Assembly (NCBI GenBank): GCA_028534125.1
Contig: CM052816.1
Location: forward strand, 88,600,001 to 88,664,000
Source of the DNA: Lama glama
Taxonomy: Eukaryota
Direction of reading: 5' to 3'
DNA length: 64,000 nt
Under the pieces are notes generated by a model, which was not told where the DNA came from, searched no databases, and was given only the letters and a program-made list of their open reading frames with translations. Both the position numbers and the translations under genes were made by a program. Shown here piece after piece: positions 1 to 13,450 of the stretch (the first letter of the stretch is position 1; each line of letters starts with the position of its first letter).

Positions 1-774
1 AGCATTAGGGATGCTAATCCAAGAAGTCTCTTCTTCCAGATAATCCTTGACTTTAAACTGGGCCATAAAGCGTGCCTTTGGGTGATATCACTCTCTTTAA
101 CCTAAAATCCTATCTCCTCAAATATTTTGTGTTAAATAAAAATCTGTGCAATGTGTAATTACATGATTTTATAGTGATAGTCTAATCACATAGAAGTTCC
201 AGTGTAGGTGACCTGCTTAAACCTGTAACCTGGTAAGTGGCACAGCAAGAAATACCATCTGGCCATGTGTCCGAGAACCAGTCTAATGCCTTTCCCATTA
301 AGCAGCTCTGATTTTTTTTTTTACAAGAACATTATGCAACACATGCATATTTGAATTCAGTCACTTTTGTAAACAATTTGCTACTTTAGAAATACAGCTG
401 ACAGCTTCTATTACATTACACAATTTTCAATCTTGCATTTTAATATATACAGATGAAAAGCATAATTTTGATGTGTGGATATATCACCCCAAATTATTTT
501 ATCCTCATCAACATCTCAAATTCCTTTTTATTTTTAGAGAAAGACATAATTTGATATTAAGTTTCCAATATATCTAAGAAGGTGATATGTGTCAGAATCT
601 CTTTCTGTAATGTATTAGGGTAGTGGATGAAATAATGCTTTGTTTCTCAAATAAAATGTACTCTGAAATTAATTTATTGATATATATTGATTTTCTTTCT
701 GTAATAAACAGTTTGATGTACTTATTCTTTTATTTGAAAGTGGATGGCAATATTTCTCAAAATATATTCAGTGA

Positions 775-918
775 AAAATCATCAGATTGCTGGGCTCTAA
801 CCAGAGATTCTGATTCAATAGGTTTGGAGTGAGGCCAGAGAAACTGCATTTCTAACAAGTTCCCAGGTTTAAGTGATGCTGCTTCTGGTCCAGGTACCTT
901 GTGATTTGAGCCAATACT
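775..918. mobile_element. MER5A-like hAT-Charlie DNA transposon fragment
   Basis: Contains 'gattctgattcaataggtttggagtgaggcc...tgcatttctaacaagttcccagg...tgatgctgc', characteristic of MER5A. Confidence 0.75.
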
Positions 919-1414
919 GTAAGGATCGCCATATAGTGCATGATTATATCTGTAAGTGAAAATGCAACTGTGCTAGTTTTCCTTATTGAATGTTTAAAGG
1001 TTTTTTTTTTATATTGATTCACACAATTGTAGGAAAATGCTAATTTGAATTGCTCAGATTATATTCTTGAGTCAATCTTTCTTGGTGGATAAAAATCATA
1101 GCCAAAAGTATAAATATACATAAACTCACAGATACGCAAACATAGCATATGTGTGCTTGTGTTTATCCTTTTAAAAACATTATAAGACACTTACAAGGAA
1201 TATTTTCCAATCTAACGATACAATCTTAGGCAAAACAAATCAAAGACAAATTCACTGGATATTACACAAAATATTTACTTGATTGTGAGCTCCTTAATGT
1301 TAGGAACACTGTCTCTATTTTCCCCAAATATATGTCATGGGTGCAGCTGTCATTTTTATTGGAAAAAGTTATTTACTACAGTCTCCAGACCAAGTGGGGG
1401 AGAAAATGTTTTCT

Positions 1415-2260
1415 TAATTTTTTAGAGCAGGTTTAAGTTTACAGCATAAAAATAAGCTACAGTGATTTCCCATATCCCTCTCCTCCACTATTACCAACAT
1501 CCCCCATCAGTGGTACAGTTTTTACTATTTGTGAACCCACATGAAGTACCTTAATCATTGAAAGTCCATAGTTTACATTGTGGTTGAATCTTGCTGTTGT
1601 ATATTCTATAGGTTTGGACAAATGTATAATGACATATTTCCATAATTTGGTGACTTAGGAATTATTTTCACTGCCCTATAAATCCTCTATGTTCTGCCTA
1701 TTCATTCTTATTATTGAACCCCTGGCAATCCTTAATTTTGCTTTTTAATATTTTGATAGTTTTGCCTTTTCCAGAATGTGATATGTTTGGAATCAAATAG
1801 TATGTGACTTTTAAGATTGGCTTCTTCACTTAATAATAAGCATTTAAGTTTTCTCTGTCTTTTCATTCATAAAAGCTCTATGAAAGCTCATTTGTTTTAG
1901 TGCTGAATAATATTCCATTGCCTGGATGTACCACTGTTTATTTATACATTTACCTACTAAAGAACATCTTGGTTGCTTCCAAGCTTTGGCAACTATTAAT
2001 AAAGTTGCTATAAATACTCCCATGCAGGATTTTGGGTGGATATAATTTTTCAACTCTTTGCGTAAATACCAAGGAGAAAGATTGTGAGCTCATATGCAAA
2101 GAGTAGGTTTAGTTATGTAAGAAACCTTCAAACTATCTCCCAGAATGTCTATTATTTTTTATTCCCACCAGCAATGAGTGAGGTCCAACTGCCCTACATC
2201 TTCACCAGATTTGTTGTCAGTGTTCCAGATTTTGACTATTTTATTAGGTATACAGTGTTA
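1415..2260 (-). mobile_element. Old L1 3' end (L1MC-like), antisense
   Basis: Typical antisense L1 3' text; minus ORF 1844-2053 (FIATLLIVAKAWKQPRC...WYIQAMEYYSA) is the L1 ORF2 C-terminus. Confidence 0.8.
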
Positions 2261-2274
2261 AAAATATATTTTTA

Positions 2275-2830
2275 TTTTATTTTTTATTGTGGTAGAAGGT
2301 ACACTACATTAAATTTTGCCATTTTAACTGTTTTAAATGTACAGTTCAGTAGTATTAAGTGCATTAACGTTGTGTAACCATCATCTTTATCCATCTCTAA
2401 AACTTTTTAATTATCCTATGCTGAAAATCTGTACCAGTCAAACAATAACTCATAATAATCTCTCCCCCAAACCCTGGTAACTATTATTCTACCTTATTTC
2501 TTTATAAATTTAACTATTCCAAGTGCCTTATATAAATGGAATCATGCAATATTTTTCTTTTGCAACTGTGTTATTTCACTTAGCACAATATCTTCAAAGC
2601 TCATCTCCACTGTAGCATGTGTTGGACTTTCATTCCATTTTAAGGCTGAATAATATCCCATTGTATTTTTATACTAACTTGTATTTAGCCATTCATCTAT
2701 CAACAGCCATTTTGGTTTTTTTTACACTTGGCTATTAGGAATAATGCTGCTATGAACACTGTTTTACAAACAACTATTTGAGTCCCGATTTTCAATTATA
2801 TGCAGTATATACCTAGAAGTGGGATTGTCC
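2275..2830 (-). mobile_element. Old L1 3' end (L1MB-like), antisense
   Basis: Begins at a T-rich tail; 'gtacagttcagtagtattaagtgcatt...aaatggaatcatgcaatatt...ggctgaataatatcccattgt'. Confidence 0.8.
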
Positions 2831-5800
2831 TTTTAAATGTTCTAATTCTAATGTATTTACCCCAAGCCACACAACTCATGAAGTAGATAATCAGAATATA
2901 TTAATCTAATCTTGAATGACCTTTTTTTCTTTGCTTTTTTATAAGAAATATTAATCAAATAATATTTCTGAAGCCTATGTTGCTAGTAGGTGTCAAGAAC
3001 TTTCAGAAAACCCCTGGGATTCTATCATTTTTTTTTTCTCCTCCCTGAACTGCGTAGGAAATTCAGTTAAGCTGATTTAAGTATTGAAGTTCTTACTTTT
3101 TTCATGTTCTAATTCATTTTCTTTATTGGAAAAAAATCATGACCTTTAATGAAAGGTAATAGGCTGTATTTGTCCATGTAAAATAATAACCAACATTAAG
3201 ATCTTAAAACACCAGCAGCATATGATATTTCAACTTGCCTTTCTTCATGAAATGTATTTATTGCATGTAAAACACTATATTGGCTATTGTGAAAGAAATA
3301 AAATGGTTCAACTGCAGCCAAACTCTTGAGAAATTATAAGAAAAGCAGACTCTCAATAAAATTTCCTTTTCAAGTCATTTTTATCAAAGTTCTTTTATTT
3401 TCTTTGCCCTATTATTACATACAGTCACATGACAGATTTTTTTCATCCTACAAAGAATATGTAAGAGTTTTACATATAGTAATGGTGACTCAGATCAAGA
3501 CCAATTCTTCTACCGAAGGCAATTAAGAAAGCTGGACAATATAGATATTTTAAAAATCTGCTTGTAGGCATCAAAGAGCTAACACAATTGCTAAGAATTT
3601 CTGGGCCAACCTCCCAGGGAAGAAAATAACACATATTCTGAGATCTGAGTCTAGCATTTGGAACTATTTTTCCCCAGTGTACATCTGTCCTTTTTTGGAA
3701 GAGGCAGCAGACAACCTGAAATGTGCTTTTAAGAGTCTCATAGGAATATAGGAACAAAGTTTGGACATTAGACTTCCTCTGTTCTGCTAATCACCACCCT
3801 GAAAGCCTTTATTTTTGTAACTCTGAAAGAGCCAGGCACACATTTTCTGGCACTTAACCAAAAACTAGCCTTGAATGACTTTAACCTTTAAAGTTAAAAT
3901 ATCATGATATTGGTTTACTAATGGACTGAGACATCTGGAATAAACAAATATATTTTATCAGAAGGAATATATTCTTATTAGTATTCAATATTTGAAAACA
4001 TGTTTTAACCACTTGCCACATTCCTATAAAAGTGATCAGGACCTGGGAGAATAGAAATTATGAATAACATCCAGCAAGATCAACAGGAAGTAGAAATAGA
4101 CCTGTAAGCGTTTCAGAAACTGGAGTTATAGAGGAGATAAGATATGAAATGAAGATTTTTGTTAGATGACTGAAACATAAAAGAGCATAGAAATATCTCA
4201 GAAGAATTTTTTTATTTTAATAATAAAACAAATAATTCAAGAGATAAGTGTTATGGAAACAAAAACTGAATGAAAGATTGAGAGCAAGCCAGCATCTGCG
4301 GAAATCACAAAAGTAGAGATCAGGAAAGACAGAAGGTCATGGGGACAGGATTATAAAACAACACAAAAGGAATGAAGGGCAATGGAAATGGTAACTACGG
4401 CAGTAAATCAAAATTAATTATGATTGCCGAACATTATCCTTTTGAAATTCGACAAAATATTTAGTATTGAAATACAGAATGACAAGGACATGTCAGTTGA
4501 ATAGTGTGAACTAGATATATATTTTTCAGGATCCTTGCATTATCCTGGAAAAAAGGGAATGTACCAACTAGCATTGGGCTTGTAAAAAGGTAATTAAATT
4601 ATAAACCAATAGAGAGGACATGATATAATAGGAAGTATTCAAAATGTATAAACTATAGGCAGCATAAACTATAGGAACTGGAGAAATATTCGCCCTATCA
4701 ATTTATGTATACTCTTATGCATTATAAAATTAAAAAGAAATAAAAATTTAGAATTATAGCTCCTTTTCACAGAATACACTAATCAAATAACTAGCCAACT
4801 CAGAACATGCTTATATTCTATTTTAAACTGTTTTAGGAAAAACAAAGCTATTATCTTTACTAGATATAAATTGTTTAGTCAAAGCTAGGTGATTGTATTC
4901 TATATTTTTTCACACATATATGTATATAGGTTATATGACGTATATGGTATACATATTTCCATATAAAATAAAAGTATGTGCAATGCATTATATATTTATA
5001 TATCATATATTATGTATTTACATAATATCAACTGATTTATTATATACATTATCTATACATAATACACTCTCTTTGTTTAGAAAAGCTCGCTCACCAAAAT
5101 AATTCCAGGATACCCAGAATTTTTCAGACTTTTTCATTAGCTGCCATGGAGAAGAGATGAACTTGAAGCACCAGAGTAATAAAGCAATTGCTAGAAAGTA
5201 ATTTGCAGAGGATAGCAGATATTTTTCCCTTCTAGGATGCTTTGACCCCAGTTGGTGTTAGTGACATTTTACCTAACCTTTGAGTGGATCAGCATTTTTG
5301 GTCTTTGTTTTATGTAGTTGGTTGCATATTTTATTTTCCATGCCCAAATTCAGTACTCTATGTACCCAAATATCATATGTATCAACAAGTTGAAGGAAAA
5401 AAATAGGACTATTTAGTGTTTCTCTGAAAGCCTAGTGCCTCTGCTTCCTTGACTAAATGTTTTAATCTTCACTAGTGTAATTAACAAAGCGAACTATGAG
5501 TTATAGCTGCTAGTATAAAATGCTCAAGTTTTGGACAGTCACAGTTCAGCCCCCATCTCCACCTCTTTATATATATTGCACTGACCAAGGTCAACAGTGT
5601 TCTATATGCTTCTAAATTAATGGTGCTTTTGGGTTTTCCCACATTATCTGAATTTTTAGCAACAATCAACAATGTTTACAAGTTCTTTTATCTCAAAACT
5701 CTCTCTTCTGTGTCTTTGACCACCAAAACATCAGTTTTTCTCTCTGGATGACAAAGATGTTTCTCTCTGAATCAGTTCTTTCTCTAACTCCAATGCTTAG

Positions 5801-6179
5801 TACAGTGTCCAGACACACAATGCCATCAATCAGTCAATCAATCAATCAGTCAACTCATACATATATATATATATGCATACAGTAGTTTCTGAATGAATGA
5901 ATGAATGTAAGTAACTTTTTGACATCTACATTTGGATAGATGGAAAATACCCTCAGTGCAAGTCCATAAATATCCAGTGGTCATACTTCGTAAATCATCA
6001 CTTGTCTTTTCTAGAGTTCAACCATTTGGTGCCACAATACATTCAAATCCTAATAAAGGAACCAGAGTCATCTTTTATTCTGTTCTGTCCTTCGTACTTC
6101 CACATTTACCCCGACTTGAAACACTGTATATTCAACTTAATGTTCATCATCTTTACAACTTTAATTTTAGTATATTTCT

Positions 6180-7200
6180 CTTTCTATTATAGTAAGAATA
6201 TTTCACACGGTAACTAACCTTTTAATAAAATTTTAATTGCACTATACAGTATTGTTAACTATATGCTTAATGTTGATCAGCAGATCTCTAGAACTTACTC
6301 ATTTTGGACAACTAAAATTTTATACTCATGGAATACCCTATTCCCCATCTCCCTCTCCCCATAGCAACCACCATTCCGCTCTCTGTTTCTATGAGTTTGA
6401 CTATTTTAGGTACCTCATATGACTGGAATCATACAGTACTTGTCCTATTGCAACTGACTTATTTTACTTAGCATAATGTCCTCCAGGTTTATCCATGTGG
6501 TCACACATTGCAGGATTTCCTCCTTTTTGAAGGCTAAATAATATGCCAATGTATGTTTCTATGACATTTTCTCTATTCATTCATCTGTCAATGCACACTT
6601 GGGTTGTTTCTATGTCTTAGCTGTTGTTAATAATGTTGCAGTGAACATGGAAGTACAGATGTCCCAAGATTGTGATTTCAATCCTTTTGAATAAATATTC
6701 AGAAGTGGGATTGCTATATCTTGTTGTAGTGATATTTTTAATTTTTTTAAAGTAAACTCCATGCTGTGTTCCATACTGGCTATATTATTTTACATTCCCA
6801 CCAACAATGTACAAGGTTCTGATTTTTCTTCATCCTATCCAACACTTTATCTTTAATAATGGCCATCCTAGTAGGTGTGGGGTGTTATCTCATTGTGGTT
6901 TGACTTGTGTTTCCCTGATGATTATTGATGTTGAGCATCTTTTAATCTGATGGCAATTTTGGATGTTTTCTTGGAAAATATCTGTTTTAGTCCATTGCCC
7001 AGTTTTATCCAGATTATTGATATACTTTTCTTGCTATTGAGTTGTAGGAATTCCTTTTATATTTTGAATAATAACCCCTTGTCAGACATATGCAAATATG
7101 TTTTCCCTTTTTGTAGTTTTTTTTTTAAACTTGGTCCATTGGTCTCTTTGCTGTGTAGAAACTTTATAGTTTTATTCCCACTGGTTTACTTTTACCTTGA
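6180..7200 (-). mobile_element. L1MA-type 3' end, antisense
   Basis: 'cagcagatctctagaacttactcat...ccaccattccgctctctgtttctatgagtttgact...ccattgcccagtttt' L1MA 3' UTR/ORF2 tail. Confidence 0.8.
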
Positions 7201-7955
7201 TTACTTTACTTAATATGTTTTTACTATGTATATGTTTTGTTTGCTTTACCCACATACTGTATTTGAATTTATATATTCTTTAAAGTAAAATAAAATAGCT
7301 TCTGCTTTGTTTTGGAGTGAGAAATCCAATCTAGACAGTTCTACAGTTTAAGAAAAAGCTAAAGCAAAAGAGACATGGAGGGTAGTGCTTACAATGTGCT
7401 CTTTGTTTTACAACTAATCATCTCTATCTACCTACTTCATTATTCAAACAGGCACACCAAGCATCTTTTTTAACAGGGCATGCATGCTATGTTAACTTAA
7501 TTCATTCAACAGTATTTATCTTGTATCAGACTTTTGTTAAAAACACTGGAGATATTGCACTGAACCAGGGATATGTGGTCTCCATCAAAGTGCTTTTCTA
7601 GACATGATGAACAATAACATCCATAATGGATGCTGCTGTCCAGTTCTCACCAAAAACTCCCACTGGATTACCTTAGCTGTCATGCTATCCTTAAAACAGA
7701 CTTGAAATGATGTGGGGCAATAGTGACAGCTCAGATATGGTTCCAATTCATTATGTGATACAGAACTATCACTGCTGCTACAGGGCTTTATATGGAACAC
7801 AGAATTCATTTTGTGAAGGACTCAATTATCTTTGCATGATGTGGTCCCAAATAATTAGCATGCCCTCTAACCAAGGAATCTTGATCCTTTTCCATGAGAA
7901 AATTAGATGCTTTTGTCAGGGCATGCTGTCTACAGTTTTATATTTTTTAAGCTTA

Positions 7956-8455
7956 NNNNNNNNNNNNNNNNNNNNNNNNNNNNNNNNNNNNNNNNNNNNN
8001 NNNNNNNNNNNNNNNNNNNNNNNNNNNNNNNNNNNNNNNNNNNNNNNNNNNNNNNNNNNNNNNNNNNNNNNNNNNNNNNNNNNNNNNNNNNNNNNNNNNN
8101 NNNNNNNNNNNNNNNNNNNNNNNNNNNNNNNNNNNNNNNNNNNNNNNNNNNNNNNNNNNNNNNNNNNNNNNNNNNNNNNNNNNNNNNNNNNNNNNNNNNN
8201 NNNNNNNNNNNNNNNNNNNNNNNNNNNNNNNNNNNNNNNNNNNNNNNNNNNNNNNNNNNNNNNNNNNNNNNNNNNNNNNNNNNNNNNNNNNNNNNNNNNN
8301 NNNNNNNNNNNNNNNNNNNNNNNNNNNNNNNNNNNNNNNNNNNNNNNNNNNNNNNNNNNNNNNNNNNNNNNNNNNNNNNNNNNNNNNNNNNNNNNNNNNN
8401 NNNNNNNNNNNNNNNNNNNNNNNNNNNNNNNNNNNNNNNNNNNNNNNNNNNNNNN
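7956..8455. other. Assembly gap (500 N)
   Basis: Run of N; ORFs spanning it are artefacts. Confidence 1.
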
Positions 8456-10739
8456 CAGTTATCTTCATTCCAGTTATGAGTTTCTCATTTTTGTAGCATC
8501 CTGCTTCTTTTCTATTTAGAGTAGACCTGTCAATATTTCTTTTAGCATGGGTTTAGTGTTGCTAAACTCTTTAAGTTTTTGCTTGTCTTTGAAGTTCTTT
8601 ATCTCTCCTTCTATTCTAAAGGATAGCCTTGCTGGACAGAGTATCCTAGGCTGCATCTTTTTTTCATTCAGGACTTTGAATATATCTTGCCACTCCCTTC
8701 TGGCCTGTAGTGTTTGTGTAGAGAAATCAGCTGAGAGCCTTATGGGGGTTCCCTTGTAACTCACTCTTTGTTTTTCTCTTGCTGCCTTTATTATCATTTC
8801 TTTATCCTTGACTCTGGTCATCTTGATTACAATATGTCTTGGTGTGAGTCTGTTTGCGTTCTTCCTATTTGGGACTCTCTGAGCCTCCTGTACTTGGATA
8901 TCTGATTCCTTTAGGTTTGGGCAGTTTTCAATCATTATTTCTTCAAATATCTTTTCAATCCCCTTTGTTCTTTCTTCCCCTTCTGGAACCCCTATTATGT
9001 GTAGATTGGCATGCTTTATATTATCCCATAGGTCCCTTATATTGTTTTCATTGTTTTTTATGTTTCTCTCTAAGCTGTTCTGATTGGGTGCTTTCTGTTG
9101 TCCTGTCTTCTAGTTCACTTATTCGTTCATCTGCATTATCTAGCCTGCTTTGTACAGCCTTCAGGTCAGCTCTCATCTCAGCAAATGAGTTTACTAATTC
9201 TACTTGGTTCTTCTTTATAGCTTCTATTTCATTTTTGACATATTTTATATCTCTAAACACAATTTCTTTTAGTTCCTTCAGTACTTGATCACTCCTTTTT
9301 TGAAATCTTGATCTAGTAGGCCATCAATGTCTATTTCCTTGATTGTGCTTTCAGGGGATTTCTCTTGATCTTTTAATTGGGAGTGGTTCCTCTGCTTCTT
9401 CATATTGCTCATACCTCTCTGGCACTGTGGCTTAAGGGATATGAGTTATCTAGTTCTCTTGGAGATGCTGTGCTCTTAATGATTTTATTGAGAGGTCTTT
9501 GTGTCTCTGCCCTGTTTCCCAAACTCAGCTTGCTGTTTCCAGAGGCCCTCTGTTGGCAACCTCATCTGTGCTACTCTCAGTGGCTGTCAGCTGGCACATC
9601 ACGCCCCTTCCCAAGACTGGGTCAGGTGCTGAGCTCTTTCCCGGTGGGCGGGTGGGTCACTCCCCCTCCCAATGACGCAGTCAGATGCTGCGCTGGGGGG
9701 GAGGCAGGTGGGCAGATCGTGCCCCCTCCCAGCACTGTGGTCAGGTGCTGCATTCCTGCCAGGAAGGGGAGTTGCCGTCCACCCTTTCCCAGCGCCATTG
9801 CTCCACTGCTCTGTACAGCTGCTCGCTCCGCCTCGGGTCAGTGTTCCAAAGGCAGGCTCGGGGAAGACCGCAGAACAGCCCTGCCTCTGCTCCGTGCCAA
9901 AGTGTAGCTCCATGTTTGTCTTGGCGGGGCGAGTTCTCTGAGGTGCCAGGGCAGAAAGATCCTAGCTGCCTCCAGCTGTAAACAAGTCTCAGTCCTGCCT
10001 AGTAGGTTACACAGCCCCCCGTGTGGATTCAGGTCTTGGCCCCACCCCCACCCGGGCGCTGCGCACAGGAGAATATGGCGGCTGTGGCTGAGCCCTGCCT
10101 CTCGTCTCTCGAGAAGCACCAGTAATGGTGGCGCAGGTCTGAGGAGACAAAGGCTATGACGCCCCTCCCCCCAAGGCACACCAGCCATGTTACTTTGCTT
10201 TTTTCACAATTTATGGGGGACCGAGGTTGTTCTGTTCCGTATCCCCTCCCAGCCACGGTGCACAGCCCCCTGCAACTCCCAGGGCCACCTCAGTGCAGCC
10301 GCCCCCATCCTCTGCCTGGCTTGGGCGGCCTGTCCTGGCCTCAGCAGCCGGATTGGGCTGGGTGTCACGAGGACCCTTCGTGCCTGTTTAACTCAGTTCT
10401 GTCGGTCAAGGGGTGCTTGGGGCAGATCTGAGCCTCGGAGGCTCCCTCTCCATCCCGCTGGCCTCTCCATTGGAGAGGGGAGACCCAGCAAACGAGCGCC
10501 AGTCCTCCTTTGCTGCTCCCTTTCCCACAGGATCAGTCCCCACACTGTTTTGCTTTTTCTTCTTTCTTTTTTCCTACCAGATTTTTGGCATCTTTGTCTT
10601 TCGAAGAGGGCGATGTTCTGTCGGAGTTCGGCAGGTGCTCTGGTTGGCTGAGTAGCTCTGTAGATGTGAGTTTTGGTGTATTTGTGGGAGAGGGTGAGCT
10701 ACAAGTGTCCTTCTACTCTGCCATCTTGCTTCTCTCTCC
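8456..10739 (-). mobile_element. Young LINE-1, 5' portion (GC-rich 5' UTR, ORF1, start of inter-ORF spacer), running into the gap
   Basis: 5' end reads ggagagagaagcaagatggcagag on the minus strand (YY1 motif at 10720-10727); ~1.3 kb CpG-rich UTR; recognisable ORF1. Confidence 0.95.
8516..9403 (-). pseudogene. L1 ORF1p (RNA-binding/chaperone protein), split by two frameshifts (~9286 and ~9060)
   Basis: ATG at 9403 gives MKKQRNHSQLKDQEKSPE...; the middle frame has the coiled coil (SRLDNADERISELED); the C-terminal frame has TPRHIVIK...GTPIRLSADFS...ARREWQDIFKVL...PARLSF. Confidence 0.92.
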
Positions 10740-11314
10740 ATAGAAGCATTCTTGATTCATACTCCAATAAGAATTGCTTCAATAGCTTAGTAAAATTTCT
10801 TATTTATATTTATTACCTATTATATATGTAACACTCAGCTAAGTGATACAGATAATTTTAATAACAAGATACTATGTTACGGTGACAAGAGACTGACAGT
10901 ATAACAAAGGAAAGAATATATGATGATGTTGACTTTTTCTAAGGAGATTTTTTTCTACATAGAAAGTCTTTATGCAGATACTAGCAGCAAACTGGTCTTA
11001 ACAATAAGGGAAACCAAGGATGAGAACTTGAATCAGAAAGGAAGAAGCGAAGGAAGAGCTTGAAACCTTTCTGGTTAGATACCTTGGTTAGAAAGATTTC
11101 CAAGAGAGCAACACAGATTTCTCTGGCTGAGGCATGAAAGAAACATTGGAACACTGGATATCAAGACAAGTTAATGTAAGATTCTTGTGATTTGGTGCTA
11201 GCCATAGACTAAGTAATAGTAAGCCTGAAAGCAAGTAAGTAAGTAAGTAAATAACAAATAAGTAAAGCAAAGGTTCCAGCTGTGAATTATCTTCAATGTT
11301 CAATAAATTATAAA

Positions 11315-11318
<4 letters not shown>

Positions 11319-11351
<33 letters not shown>

Positions 11352-11357
11352 TTTTTA
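11319..11357. repeat. (TA)n microsatellite followed by poly-T
   Basis: Directly visible. Confidence 0.95.
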
Positions 11358-12759
11358 GAAAACCAAGAAACAGGAAAGACTTGTGGTTAAGAAGTACACT
11401 CTCCAATTGGAAAAAAGAAATCTCTAGGCATTGTAGTGCAGTGTTTTATCTTCCAATTGTTTTTGCTTCCATTAATGAAGATATTATTACATTGAATTGC
11501 CTCTTACATGAATATGTATTAATAAATTAATATTGAAATAAAAAAAATACTCGAGGATGGGGAATCCAAGGATCAATTCATCCTCACTCCTAATTTACCT
11601 CCATAGAAATAAGTACTGACAATTCTTTTTTGCTGTTTCTCACATACCAAACTATAATTTTTAACTATATGCTTATACTGCAATAATATTTTTTTATTTT
11701 AAAAACCTATTAATCTCCTACTGTAAGAGGTGACAATTTATTTCTCTTATCATGTCATACCCTTCTCCTTCTCCTTACATCTTCAGTTGTTAAATTACTA
11801 CTGATTTCAATCAATATGTAGGACTTATTTTGATTTTAGGACTATATGTTTATACTTATGAGCTCCTCAGTGTACTATTGTTAAATTGCCTTTCATGTAC
11901 AACTTGTTATTTTTATATTTTTGTGTATATCCTTACCGATAATAGTTTTGCTGTATTTCCATGAATTCTCTCTACACCTTCTTCAACCTCTCAGTCAAAT
12001 TTTCACACAAACATGTATACAACCTGTGATTTCAGTCTGTTTTCTGGAGAAAACAGTTTGATGTTACAATCTCTTCTTGCCCTACGGGCCTAAGATTGAG
12101 TTATCAGGATGGATGTACCTGTCCCAGCATCCTGGGCATTCTCTTACTTTCCCTGATCTGGTGAGCATCTTCCTTTGAAGATGCTGCTCTGTGTTCTTCC
12201 TCCACTCTTTATTCCTTCATTTAAATTAGCTTAGCTTCCCAAGAAAGAGTATGTGAGATAGTTTTGTGTCGTTGTTTGTGGTTTGTTTTTATTTTGTTTT
12301 GTTTTTGTTTGTTGAAATAGCTATGCCTAAAATGTCTTTTTGTTTTGTTCTCCAATTTGTTTGATCAGTTGCCTGAGTAAAGGATTCTAGATTGAATATT
12401 GTTTTTCTGGAACATTAAAATAAGTTGATATTCTTTAAAATCAGAATTAACTCTTTCCTCATGCTAGTATATCTTCTTTTTCCTATTTTTTTCCATCTAA
12501 ATTGTTCACCAACCAATGAATGGATAAATAAAATATAATATAGCCAGTAAATGGAATATTATTATTTTGCTTTTTACTTGTTGTTTTACTCTTTCATCTT
12601 TTATTGATATCTCTGTCAATTATTTAAATCATTGGTTGCAGTTGTTAGAAATTGGGAAGACCAGCACACGTAATGGCTCGTCCAGCACAATTTAAGTGAT
12701 TATTAGCGATACTTGAGGGCATTTGTTACTAATTGATATACGAATACAAGACAATTGTA

Positions 12760-13450
12760 CAGTAATGTCATGTCATTTCATACCTTCTATGATAGATATA
12801 ATCAAAAAGACAGATAACAACATGTGTTACTGAGAATATGAGAAACTAGAATCCCTATATTTGATTGGTGGAAATGTAAAGTGGTAAAATCACTTTGGAA
12901 AAGTCTGGCAGTCTCTCAAAAGGACAAACATAGACTTGTTATATGACTTCACAATGCCTCTCCTAGATATATACCAAAGAAATAAAAACATGTATACAAA
13001 GTTTATAGAAGCATTACTCATAATAGCCAAACAATGGAAACAAATCAAATATCTATCAACTGATGAATGGATAAATAAAATATAGTATCTCCATACAATG
13101 TGGCATTATGTGTTAATTTAAAGGAATGGAGTACTTATACATGCAAGATACAGATGAACATGGAAAACGTGCTAAGTGAAAGGAGTCACTTACCAAAGGC
13201 CAAGTATTGTATGATGTCATTTATGTGAAATGTCCACATTGACAAGTATACAGAGATGGAAAGTAGATTTGTGGTTGCCTAGGACTTGGGTTGGGGTGGA
13301 AGGTGACTGCTAATTGGTGGGGAGTTTCCTTGTGTTTTAATAAAAATATTCTAAAATTGATTATGGTAATGATTGTACAACTTTGTGAATATACTAAAAA
13401 CAGTTGAATTATGTATTTTGATGAATAAATTATATGGTATATTAATTATT
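12760..13450 (+). mobile_element. L1MB-type 3' end
   Basis: 'gcattactcataatagccaaacaatggaaacaaatcaaatatctatcaactgatgaatggataaataaaat...agtagatttgtggttgcctagg'. Confidence 0.82.

Noticed and set aside
7707..8519. Long ORFs across the first gap (similar ones cross 28371-29076)
   Set aside because: Artefacts of translating N runs
9377..9907. 176-aa ORF antisense to the L1 5' UTR (ORF0-like position)
   Set aside because: Non-ATG start, GC-rich stop-poor sequence and no recognisable similarity; expected by chance
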